Assembly: GCA_034723395.1 (NCBI GenBank)
Contig: JAYEOW010000007.1
Span: 1-64,000, forward strand
Direction: 5' to 3'
Length of the DNA: 64,000 bases
Origin: Candidatus Margulisiibacteriota bacterium
GTDB lineage: Bacteria > Margulisbacteria > WOR-1 > O2-12-FULL-45-9
Part shown: positions 11,051-20,906 of the stretch, in pieces
Numbering within the stretch: position 1 is the stretch's first letter
How the letters are laid out: each line of letters starts with the position of its first letter
Program-made: the position numbers and the translations under genes
Notes under the pieces: model-generated
What the model was told of the DNA's origin: nothing
Databases searched by the model: none
Seen by the model: the letters and a program-made list of their open reading frames with translations, nothing else

Positions 11051-14000
11051 ATGGCAATAACTGGAATAGGGCCCCGAATATTCAAGCTTATTAACACCCG
11101 CAGGGATAAATACGCGTACCATGTGCAAAAGAACGGCTTAGCTTTTGAACTGCGTGATGGGAGGCTATTTCTTTCCGCCATTACCCGGGGACCTTGGGGA
11201 CAGCGCAAGATTGCCGAAGCGGTTGAACTGGCGCTTGATCCTCAGGTAATCCAGGGATTACTTCTGAAAGGGATCCACCAATTTACATTACCGGCGAAAG
11301 TTTCGCTGGAACAGGTGGAAGCGGTGTGTAGAGGGGACCTGTCTTCGGTGGCCAGCGGGATTAAATATGACTATAGATCATCTGTTGACCAACTGGTGAA
11401 GGGGGTGGGCGATCCCAATGGGGTTGTGAAAGTGTTGATTGATCATATTCCCCAGGTTAAACCTGAACACCAAAGACAGTATTATGAAACCTTGAAAGAT
11501 ACTTTTGACAATCCTTCGCTTACGCCTGCTTCCCGCAAGCTCATATTAAACGCAATGTCTGCCAAGGTTGCTTCGCTTGAAGGGTCCCGGAGTGAAGGCT
11601 ATTTTTACTGGAGCGCGCTGGCGATTTTGCAATCCAATAATATTAGTGAAGCCGATTATGGGGTGGAAGTGGAGCGCTTGATCGCGTTGGCTATCCAAAA
11701 TATGAACGAAAAATATCCGGCGGGAGCCAACAACGTTGCGCTGGATTATATATCTTTTATCTCTTCATTTTTTGCCCGCAATCAGAATGTCTCCTGGGTG
11801 GCAGCTCTTTCCTCTAAATATTTCCGCGCGATTTGCGATAACGCGCTGGCTAAATCAAAAGAGCATGCTGGCGACCAAATGGTGGTAAACCGGATGTTTA
11901 TGGACCTTGTCCGCGACCTCGGGGCGCTTGAGGGTGAAAGAGGATATCTTGAAGGGTTTATTCCGCGGGTGAGCAGTTATTTTATTGAAGCTTTACAATC
12001 GGGATCTGCGGCTGATTGCGCGCGTTTGATCGATGGGTTAACCATGGCTGGAGCGCAGGTCATAGGCTTAAAGGATCGCGCTTTGGTGTATGTAATAGTG
12101 CCTGACCTGGTAAGGCCTTTTGAGATCCTGTCCAGCAAGAGATTTGAGGCGACCAACAGCACAGGCAAGTATAGTAAAGAAGATTATGACCAGATTGACC
12201 AATTAAAGAGGGCTTCAAGACATGCGGCCCGCCAGCTTTTTGAGTTGATTACAAAAAACCCGCAGGAAGCGGCCCCTTTAATGGTCCGCCTAACTTTTAT
12301 TTTGAAGAATGAGGGATTTAATTTTGCGGACTATACTTTGATACAGGGGGAGATAAGCCGCCTTTTACATTGTGATCTTGCGCCGATCTGGCATATTGCC
12401 CGCCAGCTCATAAAAGCGATCCCGTATTCCTGGAGGGAGATTGGAGTAAGCGATTCTGTCAATCTTGTCCGGTCAAGCGGGGATAAAAAGGCTGATCCTT
12501 CTACCATGCGTAAGGTTTCGGAAGATGTTGATAGGCTCGGCGGAAATAAAGGGATACTGCACCTGCTAAGAGTCCAGATCCATTCATCTTCGAGCAAACA
12601 GAACGTTGATCTGATGGATAAGATTTTTGAATTTTGGATGACGGGCAATGCAGAGATTTTTAAAAAGCTTGAAACCTCCGAAGCATTTCTCCAGCTGATG
12701 GCGGAAGAAGGTAAAAGAGGCCATACAAGAGCCTCTTTAATCGGCTATGAAAAAGACCAACCGCAAATACAGGTTCTCTTTGCCGCCCTGGCGCGGGCGC
12801 GGGGGTTAGATCGCCTGGGGATGGATGACTTATATGAGATTTCTATGGACCAGGCCCGCCAGGTATTTGATAAATGCCGGGATGTCAGCCATGTCTCCAA
12901 AGAAAAAACAATGTTAATGCTCCATCTTTATCAATTGATTAGGGATAAATATGGGGTATACGCCGGGAAACTCACAGATGAGGTCCGGCATAGCAGTTAC
13001 TGCAGTGGATATAATAGTTCAACTGTGAGTAAGGAGCTGGCCGCCGCGGTTGACGCGTACGAGAAAGATCCGGCGGCGGAGACAGCCCTCGCGCTGATGC
13101 GGCAGCTGCATATCGCAAGGCGCTGGGCGAAACGGAAGCTTCAAGCCGCAGGAGAATTCGATGAAGATATAGCCATGAGCCAGATCTATGAAAAGCGGCA
13201 TGTTGCTCCTTTTCGTTCGGGTACCTGGGGGACATATTCTGAGCCTAAATTTGATCTTTTTAACCTGGACCGGATTCTCGAAGATTATCAGAACCTGATT
13301 ATTGAGAAGATATTTGGAGAGCATTTTGCAAACTTAAGTAAAGAAAGCTTGCCCCTGTTTTTGTCCGGAATGTATGAGCTTATCCTGGCCACTTTTGATA
13401 ATGGGATCGGCTCCACCAGCCTGCTGTCACTGGCTAATATGCTAAAGATATCGTCTATCAGCCGCTCCCAGGTAAGGGACCTTTCGGCCATGCTGGCAAG
13501 GCAGTGCCGGGGGGTTGTCGACCGTTTAAACAGCGAATATCGTTTTGGCAGGCAGGTGGATGACCAGGATGCTATTAAAAGGGAAGAAACGTTTATGGGG
13601 AACCTGGTTGCGGGAGAGGTCGGTTTTAAGCGGTTTGGTGGGGAGGTGGATAGATTAAGATTGTTTTTAAATGGTCTCCTGGAAGTTGAAGGAGATGGAT
13701 ATCTTTATGAAAAGCATGCCCCTAGTTTAGGGCCTGTTGAGCTGATGCCGGTTATCGGGCAGTGGGACCGAAAGGACCTCCCAAAAAGATATTTTTTGGG
13801 CGGCAAGGCGGCGAACCTGTTTCGTATGCGGCAAGAGGGACTTCCTGTCCCGGAAGGGTTTACTATTTCGGCTGAATTTTTTAAGAGAGAAACTCCAAAG
13901 GGGCAGGTTTACGATCAACATTTGAAGGAGGGGGTCGACCGCAGGAATTTTAAGCTGGCCGTGCAGGAGCGGATCGCTGGTATTGAAGAGGGGACTGGGA

Positions 14001-15268
14001 AAAAGTTTGGAGGAGATAAAAATCCTTTAATTTTTTCGGTCCGTTCCGGCAGTGTTATCTCTATGCCCGGCCAGATGGAAACAATAACCAATGTCGGCCT
14101 AAATGATGTGGCCGTCGGAGCCCTGGAAAAAGAGACCGGTAATAAATGGTTTGCTTACGATTGTTATCGCAGGTTTATCCAATCCTATGCGATGGGCGTG
14201 CATGGTATCAGCAGGAAAACATTTCACCAAATAATTGAAACGTATAAAAAGGGGAGAGGCGTACGTAAAAAATCCGAACTTACAGGGGACGATATGCAAC
14301 AGATTGCCCAGGCCTATGGCGCCAAGGTAGAAAGTTTGGGCTATTCAATTCCTCAGGGCCCAGTAGAACAGTTGTGGGAGGCCATCTGGGCGGTTAATCG
14401 ATCATGGTATAGCGAGAGGGCTACTTCATATAGGAAAAACCTGGGCATTTCGGACAGGTGGGGTACGGGCATAAGTGTCCAAGTGATGAAGTTTGGAAAT
14501 CGAAATGATAAATCCTTGACCGGCGTGCTCCTTACCCACGATCCAATAACCGGACAGAAGAAGCTGCAAGGCAGTTTTAAGTACAACGCGCAGGGGAATG
14601 ATGTTGTGGATGGGGTAGGGGGCAGTATTCTTGATTTGAAAGACCTTCGCTGCAAAGCTCCCGAAGTTTACCACAAATTGGTTGAAGGAGCGGAAAAAGT
14701 TTTAAACAGGCTTGCAACCCCTCAAGAGATGGAGATTACGGTTGAAGCAACGGAAGCCGGGTCTCTAGAAGTTTATTTTCTCCAAACCCGGGACCTTAAT
14801 ATTCAGCATAAACCATTTCCGGTTTTTGACGAAGCGGCTTTGTCGGGTATGCGTTATATCGGTTTAGGCGCGCCAATCGCTGGCGGGGCTTTTAGGGGAA
14901 GAGTTATCTTGGACCCGGCGGAGATGATCGGGCTCAATAAAAAAGCGCCGGCCAGAAAGATGGGGGAAATAGGCTTTGCTTATTTCGCGAACGATCTGGT
15001 GCCTGAGGATATCGAACTAATTATTGCCGGTGACGCGTTTTTGATCAGGCAGGGATCGCCGACCTCCCATGCCGCGATCACTTTAAGGCCCCTCGGAAAA
15101 ACCGGGATTGTTTTCCCCGGTTTTGATAAACAGGGAGATCAGGTCAGGATCGGAGATCTGATTGTACGGAAGAACGAAATAATCAGTTTCGACGGGAGGA
15201 CAGGAAGGGTGTTTTTGGGCAGAGCGCCATTATTACGGGATGCTTCTGGAGCCCTAATATTGAAGTGA
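11051..15268 (+). CDS. Large atypical PPDK-family protein (about 900 aa N-terminal region + ATP-grasp + phospho-His domain)
   Basis: LGGKAANL, GLPVPEGF, SVRSG..SMPGQMETITNVGLND, AYDCYRRF, AQGNDVVDG, LQTR, TSHAA; ends after the His domain. Confidence 0.85.
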   Translation: MAITGIGPRIFKLINTRRDKYAYHVQKNGLAFELRDGRLFLSAITRGPWGQRKIAEAVELALDPQVIQGLLLKGIHQFTLPAKVSLEQVEAVCRGDLSSVASGIKYDYRSSVDQLVKGVGDPNGVVKVLIDHIPQVKPEHQRQYYETLKDTFDNPSLTPASRKLILNAMSAKVASLEGSRSEGYFYWSALAILQSNNISEADYGVEVERLIALAIQNMNEKYPAGANNVALDYISFISSFFARNQNVSWVAALSSKYFRAICDNALAKSKEHAGDQMVVNRMFMDLVRDLGALEGERGYLEGFIPRVSSYFIEALQSGSAADCARLIDGLTMAGAQVIGLKDRALVYVIVPDLVRPFEILSSKRFEATNSTGKYSKEDYDQIDQLKRASRHAARQLFELITKNPQEAAPLMVRLTFILKNEGFNFADYTLIQGEISRLLHCDLAPIWHIARQLIKAIPYSWREIGVSDSVNLVRSSGDKKADPSTMRKVSEDVDRLGGNKGILHLLRVQIHSSSSKQNVDLMDKIFEFWMTGNAEIFKKLETSEAFLQLMAEEGKRGHTRASLIGYEKDQPQIQVLFAALARARGLDRLGMDDLYEISMDQARQVFDKCRDVSHVSKEKTMLMLHLYQLIRDKYGVYAGKLTDEVRHSSYCSGYNSSTVSKELAAAVDAYEKDPAAETALALMRQLHIARRWAKRKLQAAGEFDEDIAMSQIYEKRHVAPFRSGTWGTYSEPKFDLFNLDRILEDYQNLIIEKIFGEHFANLSKESLPLFLSGMYELILATFDNGIGSTSLLSLANMLKISSISRSQVRDLSAMLARQCRGVVDRLNSEYRFGRQVDDQDAIKREETFMGNLVAGEVGFKRFGGEVDRLRLFLNGLLEVEGDGYLYEKHAPSLGPVELMPVIGQWDRKDLPKRYFLGGKAANLFRMRQEGLPVPEGFTISAEFFKRETPKGQVYDQHLKEGVDRRNFKLAVQERIAGIEEGTGKKFGGDKNPLIFSVRSGSVISMPGQMETITNVGLNDVAVGALEKETGNKWFAYDCYRRFIQSYAMGVHGISRKTFHQIIETYKKGRGVRKKSELTGDDMQQIAQAYGAKVESLGYSIPQGPVEQLWEAIWAVNRSWYSERATSYRKNLGISDRWGTGISVQVMKFGNRNDKSLTGVLLTHDPITGQKKLQGSFKYNAQGNDVVDGVGGSILDLKDLRCKAPEVYHKLVEGAEKVLNRLATPQEMEITVEATEAGSLEVYFLQTRDLNIQHKPFPVFDEAALSGMRYIGLGAPIAGGAFRGRVILDPAEMIGLNKKAPARKMGEIGFAYFANDLVPEDIELIIAGDAFLIRQGSPTSHAAITLRPLGKTGIVFPGFDKQGDQVRIGDLIVRKNEIISFDGRTGRVFLGRAPLLRDASGALILK

Positions 15269-15297
15269 AATATCTCCCAGATATTTTCTTAAAAAGT

Positions 15298-15346
15298 ATC
15301 CCGACGCTTCGGTCGGGATCCCGTTCCGATCTGATCGGAAGGGGAA
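15298..15346. repeat. Palindromic element (ATCCCGA..TCGGGAT family)
   Basis: Two adjacent hairpins; related element at 19988-20011. Confidence 0.55.
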
Positions 15347-15374
15347 AATCATGTGGAAAGTATTTTCCAGAAAA

Positions 15375-15403
15375 GTGAAATTTTTAAGAAAAGGCACCGA
15401 TAA
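15375..15403 (+). promoter_or_regulatory. Alternative-sigma-like promoter motif
   Basis: GTGAAA-N15-ACCGATAA. Confidence 0.75.
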
Positions 15404-15433
15404 ATATTTGGAAGAAAAAGGAGAATCAAAACC

Positions 15434-15643
15434 ATGAGTTTAAGAGAATTTAGATGTAAGTTTTGCCACAGACTTCTAGCAAAAGTAGAGGAAGGAAGCA
15501 AGGTAGAGATCAAGTGCCCAAAGTGCAAAACGATGAACCTTTATCAGGATGAGACGGTTATTGTGTATGAAGTTCCTGAGAACAATGTAACCAAAAAGAT
15601 CCTCGAAAAGGGGATTGTTAAGTACGATTTCTTGCAGAACTAA
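15434..15643 (+). CDS. Mu Com-like zinc-finger protein
   Basis: EFRCxxCxRLL...VEIKCPKCKT.N; AGGAG RBS. Confidence 0.8.
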   Translation: MSLREFRCKFCHRLLAKVEEGSKVEIKCPKCKTMNLYQDETVIVYEVPENNVTKKILEKGIVKYDFLQN

Positions 15644-16425
15644 GCGTGGTTAATCTTGATCTTCTCCAGTAAAATGGTCCTAAGTCGTTCACTACACTGT
15701 AGTTTTGTTGCCTTTTCCCTTAATTTGTTGTAGGCTCCCATCCAATAATCTTTCCACGTTTCACTGTGTACCGAAGGCCAAGGCATTTTTACATTTGCCA
15801 AAGCAACCTCACCGGTTAACATTTCATAAAGGGAGAGGCCCAGGCCAAAATGGTCGTCTTGTGGTCGGATTGGATAGCCCCGCATATGGCTTAGGGTCAT
15901 ATATTGTAAGGTCCCAACCACTCTGCGATTAATTTTTTCTTGGCCTGCGATAGGTCTTGCGCGCTCAAAATCTGCCAGTTTTACCGTTGCGCCGGGAAGG
16001 ATATTTTCGGTTTTTACGTCTCCATGTGCTAATCCATGCTGATGAGCATGCGAAAGCGCCGAAGATATCCCCTGGTTTATCCTTAAAACCTCGGCTTCGG
16101 GGAATGGTCCAGTAATCTTTATCTTTCTTTTTGCGTCGGCTGAATCGACGTATTCCATCTCAAGATAAATATTCCCGTCAATTCTGCCGCAACCATGCAG
16201 AGCGGTAATGTTTGGATGGGGGAGCAGTAAGTCCAAAACCATCGCCTCTCTTAACAGATGATCCTGCGAAGAAGTTCGAGCAACTTTTAGGGCAAACCAC
16301 TGATTTTTGGGACCGCGGACTTTAAATACCTGTGTTTTTCCTTGTAAAGCTACTCTTTCCCCTGGTTTCAGATTGCGGGAACCGCGAATTATTTTTCTTA
16401 AGTTTACATATGTTGTGGCGTTCAT
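15640..16425 (-). CDS. Hanks-type Ser/Thr protein kinase, atypical
   Basis: ALK, HPNI, HGDVKTEN, ADFE (DFG variant), GTLQYM. Confidence 0.85.
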   Translation of the reverse strand: MNATTYVNLRKIIRGSRNLKPGERVALQGKTQVFKVRGPKNQWFALKVARTSSQDHLLREAMVLDLLLPHPNITALHGCGRIDGNIYLEMEYVDSADAKRKIKITGPFPEAEVLRINQGISSALSHAHQHGLAHGDVKTENILPGATVKLADFERARPIAGQEKINRRVVGTLQYMTLSHMRGYPIRPQDDHFGLGLSLYEMLTGEVALANVKMPWPSVHSETWKDYWMGAYNKLREKATKLQCSERLRTILLEKIKINHA

Positions 16426-16440
16426 TATCTTTCTGAACTA

Positions 16441-16468
16441 ATATCGCCGGTTTTGCGGAGGGATTTCA
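16441..16468 (-). promoter_or_regulatory. Alternative-sigma-like promoter motif
   Basis: Minus strand TGAAA-N15-GGCGATAT. Confidence 0.75.
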
Positions 16469-16472
16469 GTAG

Positions 16473-17717
16473 TTAATTAATAATATGCAGGCTCTTTTTC
16501 AGAACGTTTAGTGCTGCCTCGTACAGCCCTTCCGGATGACTGGGATGTGCTTGTAAAGTTCCTGACAGCTGATTAACGGTTAATCCATTTTTTACTGCAA
16601 CGACTGCTCCTCCTAAAAGATTTACCGCATCTGCTCCAAGGATATGGATCCCAAGTAATTTATTGCTATCATCCGCGACAACTTTAATAAAACCTTCGAT
16701 CTCACCCTTAGCTTGCGCGATCCCTAATGCTGCATAAGGGAATTTACCGGTCTTGATATTTCCATGCTTTTCTCTGGCTTCTTTTTCGGTCAGCCCAATC
16801 CCGCCAATCTCAGGGGTAGTAAATATTCCGTACGGAACATGATCGTAATTAAATGTTCTATTTCCTCCCATAGCATTCTCCGCAGCAATAATCCCTTGTT
16901 CGAAAGCGACATGGGCCAGTTGTTTAGAGCTGACCAGATCTCCAATTGCATATACCCCCGGTTTATCGGTCTCCATCTTTGCGTTAACTTTGATCCCCGG
17001 AGTATTCGGTTTTCGGCCGATACAGATCAACGTTTTATCCGAGGTTTTTGATGGATCAAAAGGGGTGTTGGTAATTATGTTTACTTTTTTACGTTTAAGG
17101 ATTCGTTTAAGATTAGCTACGATATCCTCGTCCACTCCCGAAAGAATATCCGGGAGCGCTTCGTAGACGGTTACTTCAGTTCCTAACGAACTAAATATCT
17201 GAGCGAACTCGATTCCAATCACACCGCCGCCGACAATTGTCAATTTATCAGGAACTTCTTTAAGATCTAATATCTGGTCACTCGAAAAATATCGCTTGCC
17301 ATCGAATTCTATTCCTGGTAGTTGGGTGGGGTAAGATCCGGTAGCAAGGATTATTTTTTCCCCATCACTTTTTCCATCCCATGTATCATGAATAAGGTCG
17401 ATCCCGTTCTTTTTAAGTAACAGTTCGACCCCTCTAACGATCTTTTCAACGGTCTTATCTTTCCGCTCTATTACTTTTGCTAAATCGATTGCTGTGCCTT
17501 GAGTGGTTATCCCATAATTTTCAGATTTCCTGATTTTATCGTAAAGGTTTGTGCAGGCTAAGATAGCTTTAGTAGGAATGCAGCCTCGATTGAGACATGT
17601 TCCGCCGACTTTATCTTTTTCGATTAGAGCAACCTTAGCTCCAAGTTGTGCAGCTCGAATTGCGGCTATATATCCTCCAGGGCCACCGCCAACGACTAGA
17701 ATGTCATACTTGTTCAT
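16473..17717 (-). CDS. lpdA: Dihydrolipoamide dehydrogenase
   Basis: GGGPGGY, GGTCLNRGCIP, GGGVIGIE, HPSHPE. Confidence 0.9.
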   Translation of the reverse strand: MNKYDILVVGGGPGGYIAAIRAAQLGAKVALIEKDKVGGTCLNRGCIPTKAILACTNLYDKIRKSENYGITTQGTAIDLAKVIERKDKTVEKIVRGVELLLKKNGIDLIHDTWDGKSDGEKIILATGSYPTQLPGIEFDGKRYFSSDQILDLKEVPDKLTIVGGGVIGIEFAQIFSSLGTEVTVYEALPDILSGVDEDIVANLKRILKRKKVNIITNTPFDPSKTSDKTLICIGRKPNTPGIKVNAKMETDKPGVYAIGDLVSSKQLAHVAFEQGIIAAENAMGGNRTFNYDHVPYGIFTTPEIGGIGLTEKEAREKHGNIKTGKFPYAALGIAQAKGEIEGFIKVVADDSNKLLGIHILGADAVNLLGGAVVAVKNGLTVNQLSGTLQAHPSHPEGLYEAALNVLKKSLHIIN

Positions 17718-17759
17718 TCTAAGTGGATTATAGCATATTGATAACGAAAAGTAGTAGGT

Positions 17760-18105
17760 GCAGGGGCTCTGCCCCTAGCAAGATAAGCTCTAGTTTCTTG
17801 TTTTATATTCCATGATACCCCGGTAACTTTTTTGGTGGCAAAAAAGTTACCAAAAAACCACATAAGGGGTTCCCCCTTATGTATCCCCGCGCAACTAACT
17901 CGGCCGGACACAGCAATCCCTCGACTTCGCTCGGGATTGCTCTGCCGGCCTCGAACAGAGCTGCTAATAATGTTTTTTATTGTTTTAATCGAAAACTAAA
18001 TGTTTGTGTTCCCCCTCTCCACGAAGTGGAGAGGGGAATGAATTGCGCCGGCTTGTCCTCTGAAGCACTAAGTGCGAAGGAGGAAGGCGCAAGAAAGGGG
18101 TGAGG
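17760..18105. repeat. Intergenic cluster of nested palindromes / MITE-like repeats
   Basis: AGGGGC..GCCCCT; GTAACTTTTTTG..CAAAAAAGTTAC; ATAAGGGG..CCCCTTAT; GCAATCCCTCG..CTCGGGATTGC; CCCCTCTCCAC..GTGGAGAGGGG. Confidence 0.65.
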
Positions 18106-18465
18106 TTACCCCCAAAAGATCAATCGTATCGCGATCAGGAGTAAGAATATGCCGAAAATCTTACGTAAATGCAGATCGGGGAGGAGATGGGCAAAATGGG
18201 CGCCGATCAGGCCGCCGATAAAGAATCCCAAAGCTAAAAGTAAAGCCCAACCGATATTAACATTCCCATTCTTCCAGTAGTGCCAGGCGGCCAAAAGGCC
18301 GATTGGGGGGACCATCATTGCCAGGGTCGTCCCTTGCGCTAAGTGCTGGTTTAATCCATAGATAACAACTAAGATTGGAATAACTATGGTGGCACCACCG
18401 ATCCCGAAGAGGCCGCTCATCATGCCGGCCAACAATCCGGTAACTAATAGTCCTACTATTTGCAT
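18106..18465 (-). CDS. TauE/SafE (TSUP) family membrane protein, half-size
   Basis: GLFGIGGATIVIP, HLAQGTTL, about 4 TM segments. Confidence 0.85.
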   Translation of the reverse strand: MQIVGLLVTGLLAGMMSGLFGIGGATIVIPILVVIYGLNQHLAQGTTLAMMVPPIGLLAAWHYWKNGNVNIGWALLLALGFFIGGLIGAHFAHLLPDLHLRKIFGIFLLLIAIRLIFWG

Positions 18466-18908
18466 TATTTGTTCAGAAGCTCACGAACCATCTGACTGGC
18501 GATCTTTCCGTCAATCCCCTGATTCTTCCCGGTGACCTCTTTCATCACTTTGCCCATATCTTTCATCGAGGCTGCGCCGGTATCTGCAATAGCTTGCTGG
18601 ACGATCTTTTTTATCTCTTCAGGAGTCAGTTCCGGCGGAAGATATTCGGCAACAATTGCCAACTCTTTTTCATGGGTAGCAACTTCTTCGTTTTTGCTTA
18701 CTTTTTTAAACTCTTCGATCGATTGCTTTAGGTCTTTGGAATACTTCTTGATAATTTTAGTGATCTCTTCTTCAGGAAGGTCTCCGCGGGCATTAACATA
18801 AAGAATTTTACTCTTTACCATGCGGAGGACAGCTAAGCGGAGCTCATCCTTTGCTTTGAGCGCGGATTGAAGATCGGAGTTTACTTTTACGAAAAGTTCA
18901 CTGGACAT
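18465..18908 (-). CDS. GatB/YqeY domain protein
   Basis: ALKAKD..RL..LRM, EYLP, KDMGKVM. Confidence 0.9.
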   Translation of the reverse strand: MSSELFVKVNSDLQSALKAKDELRLAVLRMVKSKILYVNARGDLPEEEITKIIKKYSKDLKQSIEEFKKVSKNEEVATHEKELAIVAEYLPPELTPEEIKKIVQQAIADTGAASMKDMGKVMKEVTGKNQGIDGKIASQMVRELLNK

Positions 18909-19009
18909 AGAAAATCACCTCATATTTTATCTGTTCATTATAAGCTAAATCAGATAAGAAGGTCAAGAAAATTAATCTGAATATCGGTAAGATCGGGAAC
19001 ATCATATAC

Positions 19010-19041
19010 CCCTTCGACTCGCTGCGCTCGCTCAGGGCATG
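19010..19041 (+). repeat. REP-like element CCCTTCGACTCGCTnCGCTCGCTCAGG
   Basis: Near-identical copy at 40591-40623; inverted relative at 5638-5677. Confidence 0.75.
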
Positions 19042-19974
19042 CCCCTAAGAGGTCTTTCTGATAGCGACCAGTCGGGGTCTCAGGATTCAACTTTTGCAAG
19101 TATAGCATGGAATGATAGTCCAAGATAATTGGCGGGAATGAAAGCGCCGCGGGATCAATCCGTTCCTGGCTTTCCGCTAGTATTTCGATTGGTATTTTTC
19201 CCCACTTGTAAGAATTAGGCCTTTTGTAATTAAAAACTATCTGATAAGTATAAGCCTTGTTGAGAAAATCAATCTGGTTATCATAATCTTCCAGATCAAA
19301 GAAATGGTATTCAATAATTCGATTAAAAGTCTCAATGTCTGCATTGTAATTAGGCCGGCCTCGGGGAATTCTGATATGTTTAGCTCCATAAACCTTAGAT
19401 ACTGAGGGATATCGTCCAGATACTTAACATCTACCTGAATCTTCTCAAAAGGTCGTAATTTGGCTTTAATAGCCCTCAGATCCCGCTTCTTTTGGTATTT
19501 CCTCTTCCGTTTGCCAATCAATCCGTGATCCTTAAGCACGCGATAAATTGTACAGGTTGAATATGGCAATTTGAGCGAAGCCTTAATCGCCCAGCAGGAA
19601 ATCCGGTTCTTGCGTCTTTTTCTCAACGCCACAATCCTTTCCTCGTCAGCCTTCGGAATCTTTCTGGGCTGTTTTGGTCCCCTTGACTCATCCAATAAAC
19701 CATCCAGCCCCTTAGTCGTATACCTCCTGTGCCATTTACGAACTGTTACTACTGAAGCCATATATTCCTTGGCAGTTGGTTTAATACCGATTTCCTGTAC
19801 TCTTTGTACCATTTTTAACCTCCATCCATATTTATTCGCCGATAGCCTAAGGTTCTCATAATATGTTATGCTTACTATAGGGATCACTCCTTTCTATGTG
19901 TTGTTGCTAACATCATTATAAGGGTGGTCCCCAGCCTTAAAAAGGCTTGATTTTCCCGCCCTCAATAATTTACA
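19040..19974 (-). pseudogene. IS481-family transposase remnant with internal deletion/frameshift
   Basis: HTH region (TVRKW..RY...GLDGLLDESR), IQVDVKYL, then a frame switch to HIRIPRGRPNYNADIETFN; TGT-starting end at 19974. Confidence 0.8.
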
Positions 19975-20153
19975 AATAATGCCGGCGGGATCCCGATCGA
20001 AGCATCGGGACATGTTTTTTGTGATTTTTTTGATATAGCCACCCCGAAACCACCTCCCCAACCCAAACACCCCTTTACCATCGAGAAACCCTATTTCTTC
20101 TAATCCCAGGGGTATACCATGTTCCAGATCATTTCTAATTAATCTAAATATAG

Positions 20154-20182
20154 GTGAAATTTTAGCCTTTTGGGAGCGATAT
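20154..20182 (+). promoter_or_regulatory. Alternative-sigma-like promoter motif
   Basis: GTGAAA-N15-AGCGATAT. Confidence 0.75.
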
Positions 20183-20194
20183 TTATATGTAGTT

Positions 20195-20851
20195 ATGCGA
20201 GTGAAATTAGAAGGAATAAACGTTTGTCACTCTCTAGGTGGCAGAAAATATCAGAAAGAACTTCCTCGGATCAGGCAGATTGCCCGGCAGGCTGCTTTTG
20301 CGCACAGGGTCCTCGGCCGGATCCGGCCCGAAGCGGGTTCTATTGGGGAAAGGGTAGACAGGGCTTGCGGGTTTGCTGCCCGGACCATGCTGACCGCCCA
20401 TACACTTTTTGATGAAATGAAGGCGCAGGAGACATCAGATGCTTTTCTCTGTGACGGCCTGCTGCTTAATAAGCGGGTTGTCCAAGTGATGCGGGGAGGG
20501 CGTACCCACGGGGTTTTGGTTTTTGATCTCGGCAGCGAGTGGATTGTGGCTGATCCGACCATTGCTCAGTTTGCCCTCAACGCAAAACTGGCGCGCCTGA
20601 AATCCAGGCCAGGAGCTTTTTCAGAGAGTTTCTTGGATGTGCAATTGTTTCTTGCATCAGTTCATCCGACTGAAAACGATTTTTCCAGCAGAATGCAGGA
20701 GCTTTTTGGCCAGTCGTCCTGGCAACGGCTCTCTCCCTTTGACCCCGCGGTCCGCAGGGTTAACCGGCGTTTTTTATTGTTCTATCGTTCAGACCTTCTT
20801 TCATTTAAAGAGTATATCAGGTTCCATATGGAGAATCTTGAAAATGGGTGA
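20195..20851 (+). CDS. Hypothetical protein, possible transglutaminase/papain-like Cys-His-Asp enzyme
   Basis: RACGFAA ... THGVL ... IVADPTIAQF. Confidence 0.55.
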   Translation: MRVKLEGINVCHSLGGRKYQKELPRIRQIARQAAFAHRVLGRIRPEAGSIGERVDRACGFAARTMLTAHTLFDEMKAQETSDAFLCDGLLLNKRVVQVMRGGRTHGVLVFDLGSEWIVADPTIAQFALNAKLARLKSRPGAFSESFLDVQLFLASVHPTENDFSSRMQELFGQSSWQRLSPFDPAVRRVNRRFLLFYRSDLLSFKEYIRFHMENLENG

Positions 20852-20876
20852 AATTATTTATAATAGGTGCCGAAAA
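20848..20876 (+). promoter_or_regulatory. Alternative-sigma-like promoter motif
   Basis: GTGAAA-N15-GCCGAAAA. Confidence 0.75.
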
Positions 20877-20906
20877 ATAACTAGATAGATTCAAGGAGGA
20901 ATAATT

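Noticed and set aside
15265..15293. GTGAAAT at the end of the large PPDK-like gene as a tenth motif copy
   Set aside because: No CGAWA/GATA box at the fixed spacing (reads TTCTTAAA)
17714..18103. Short ORFs between lpdA and the TSUP gene
   Set aside because: Translations are read-throughs of palindromic repeats
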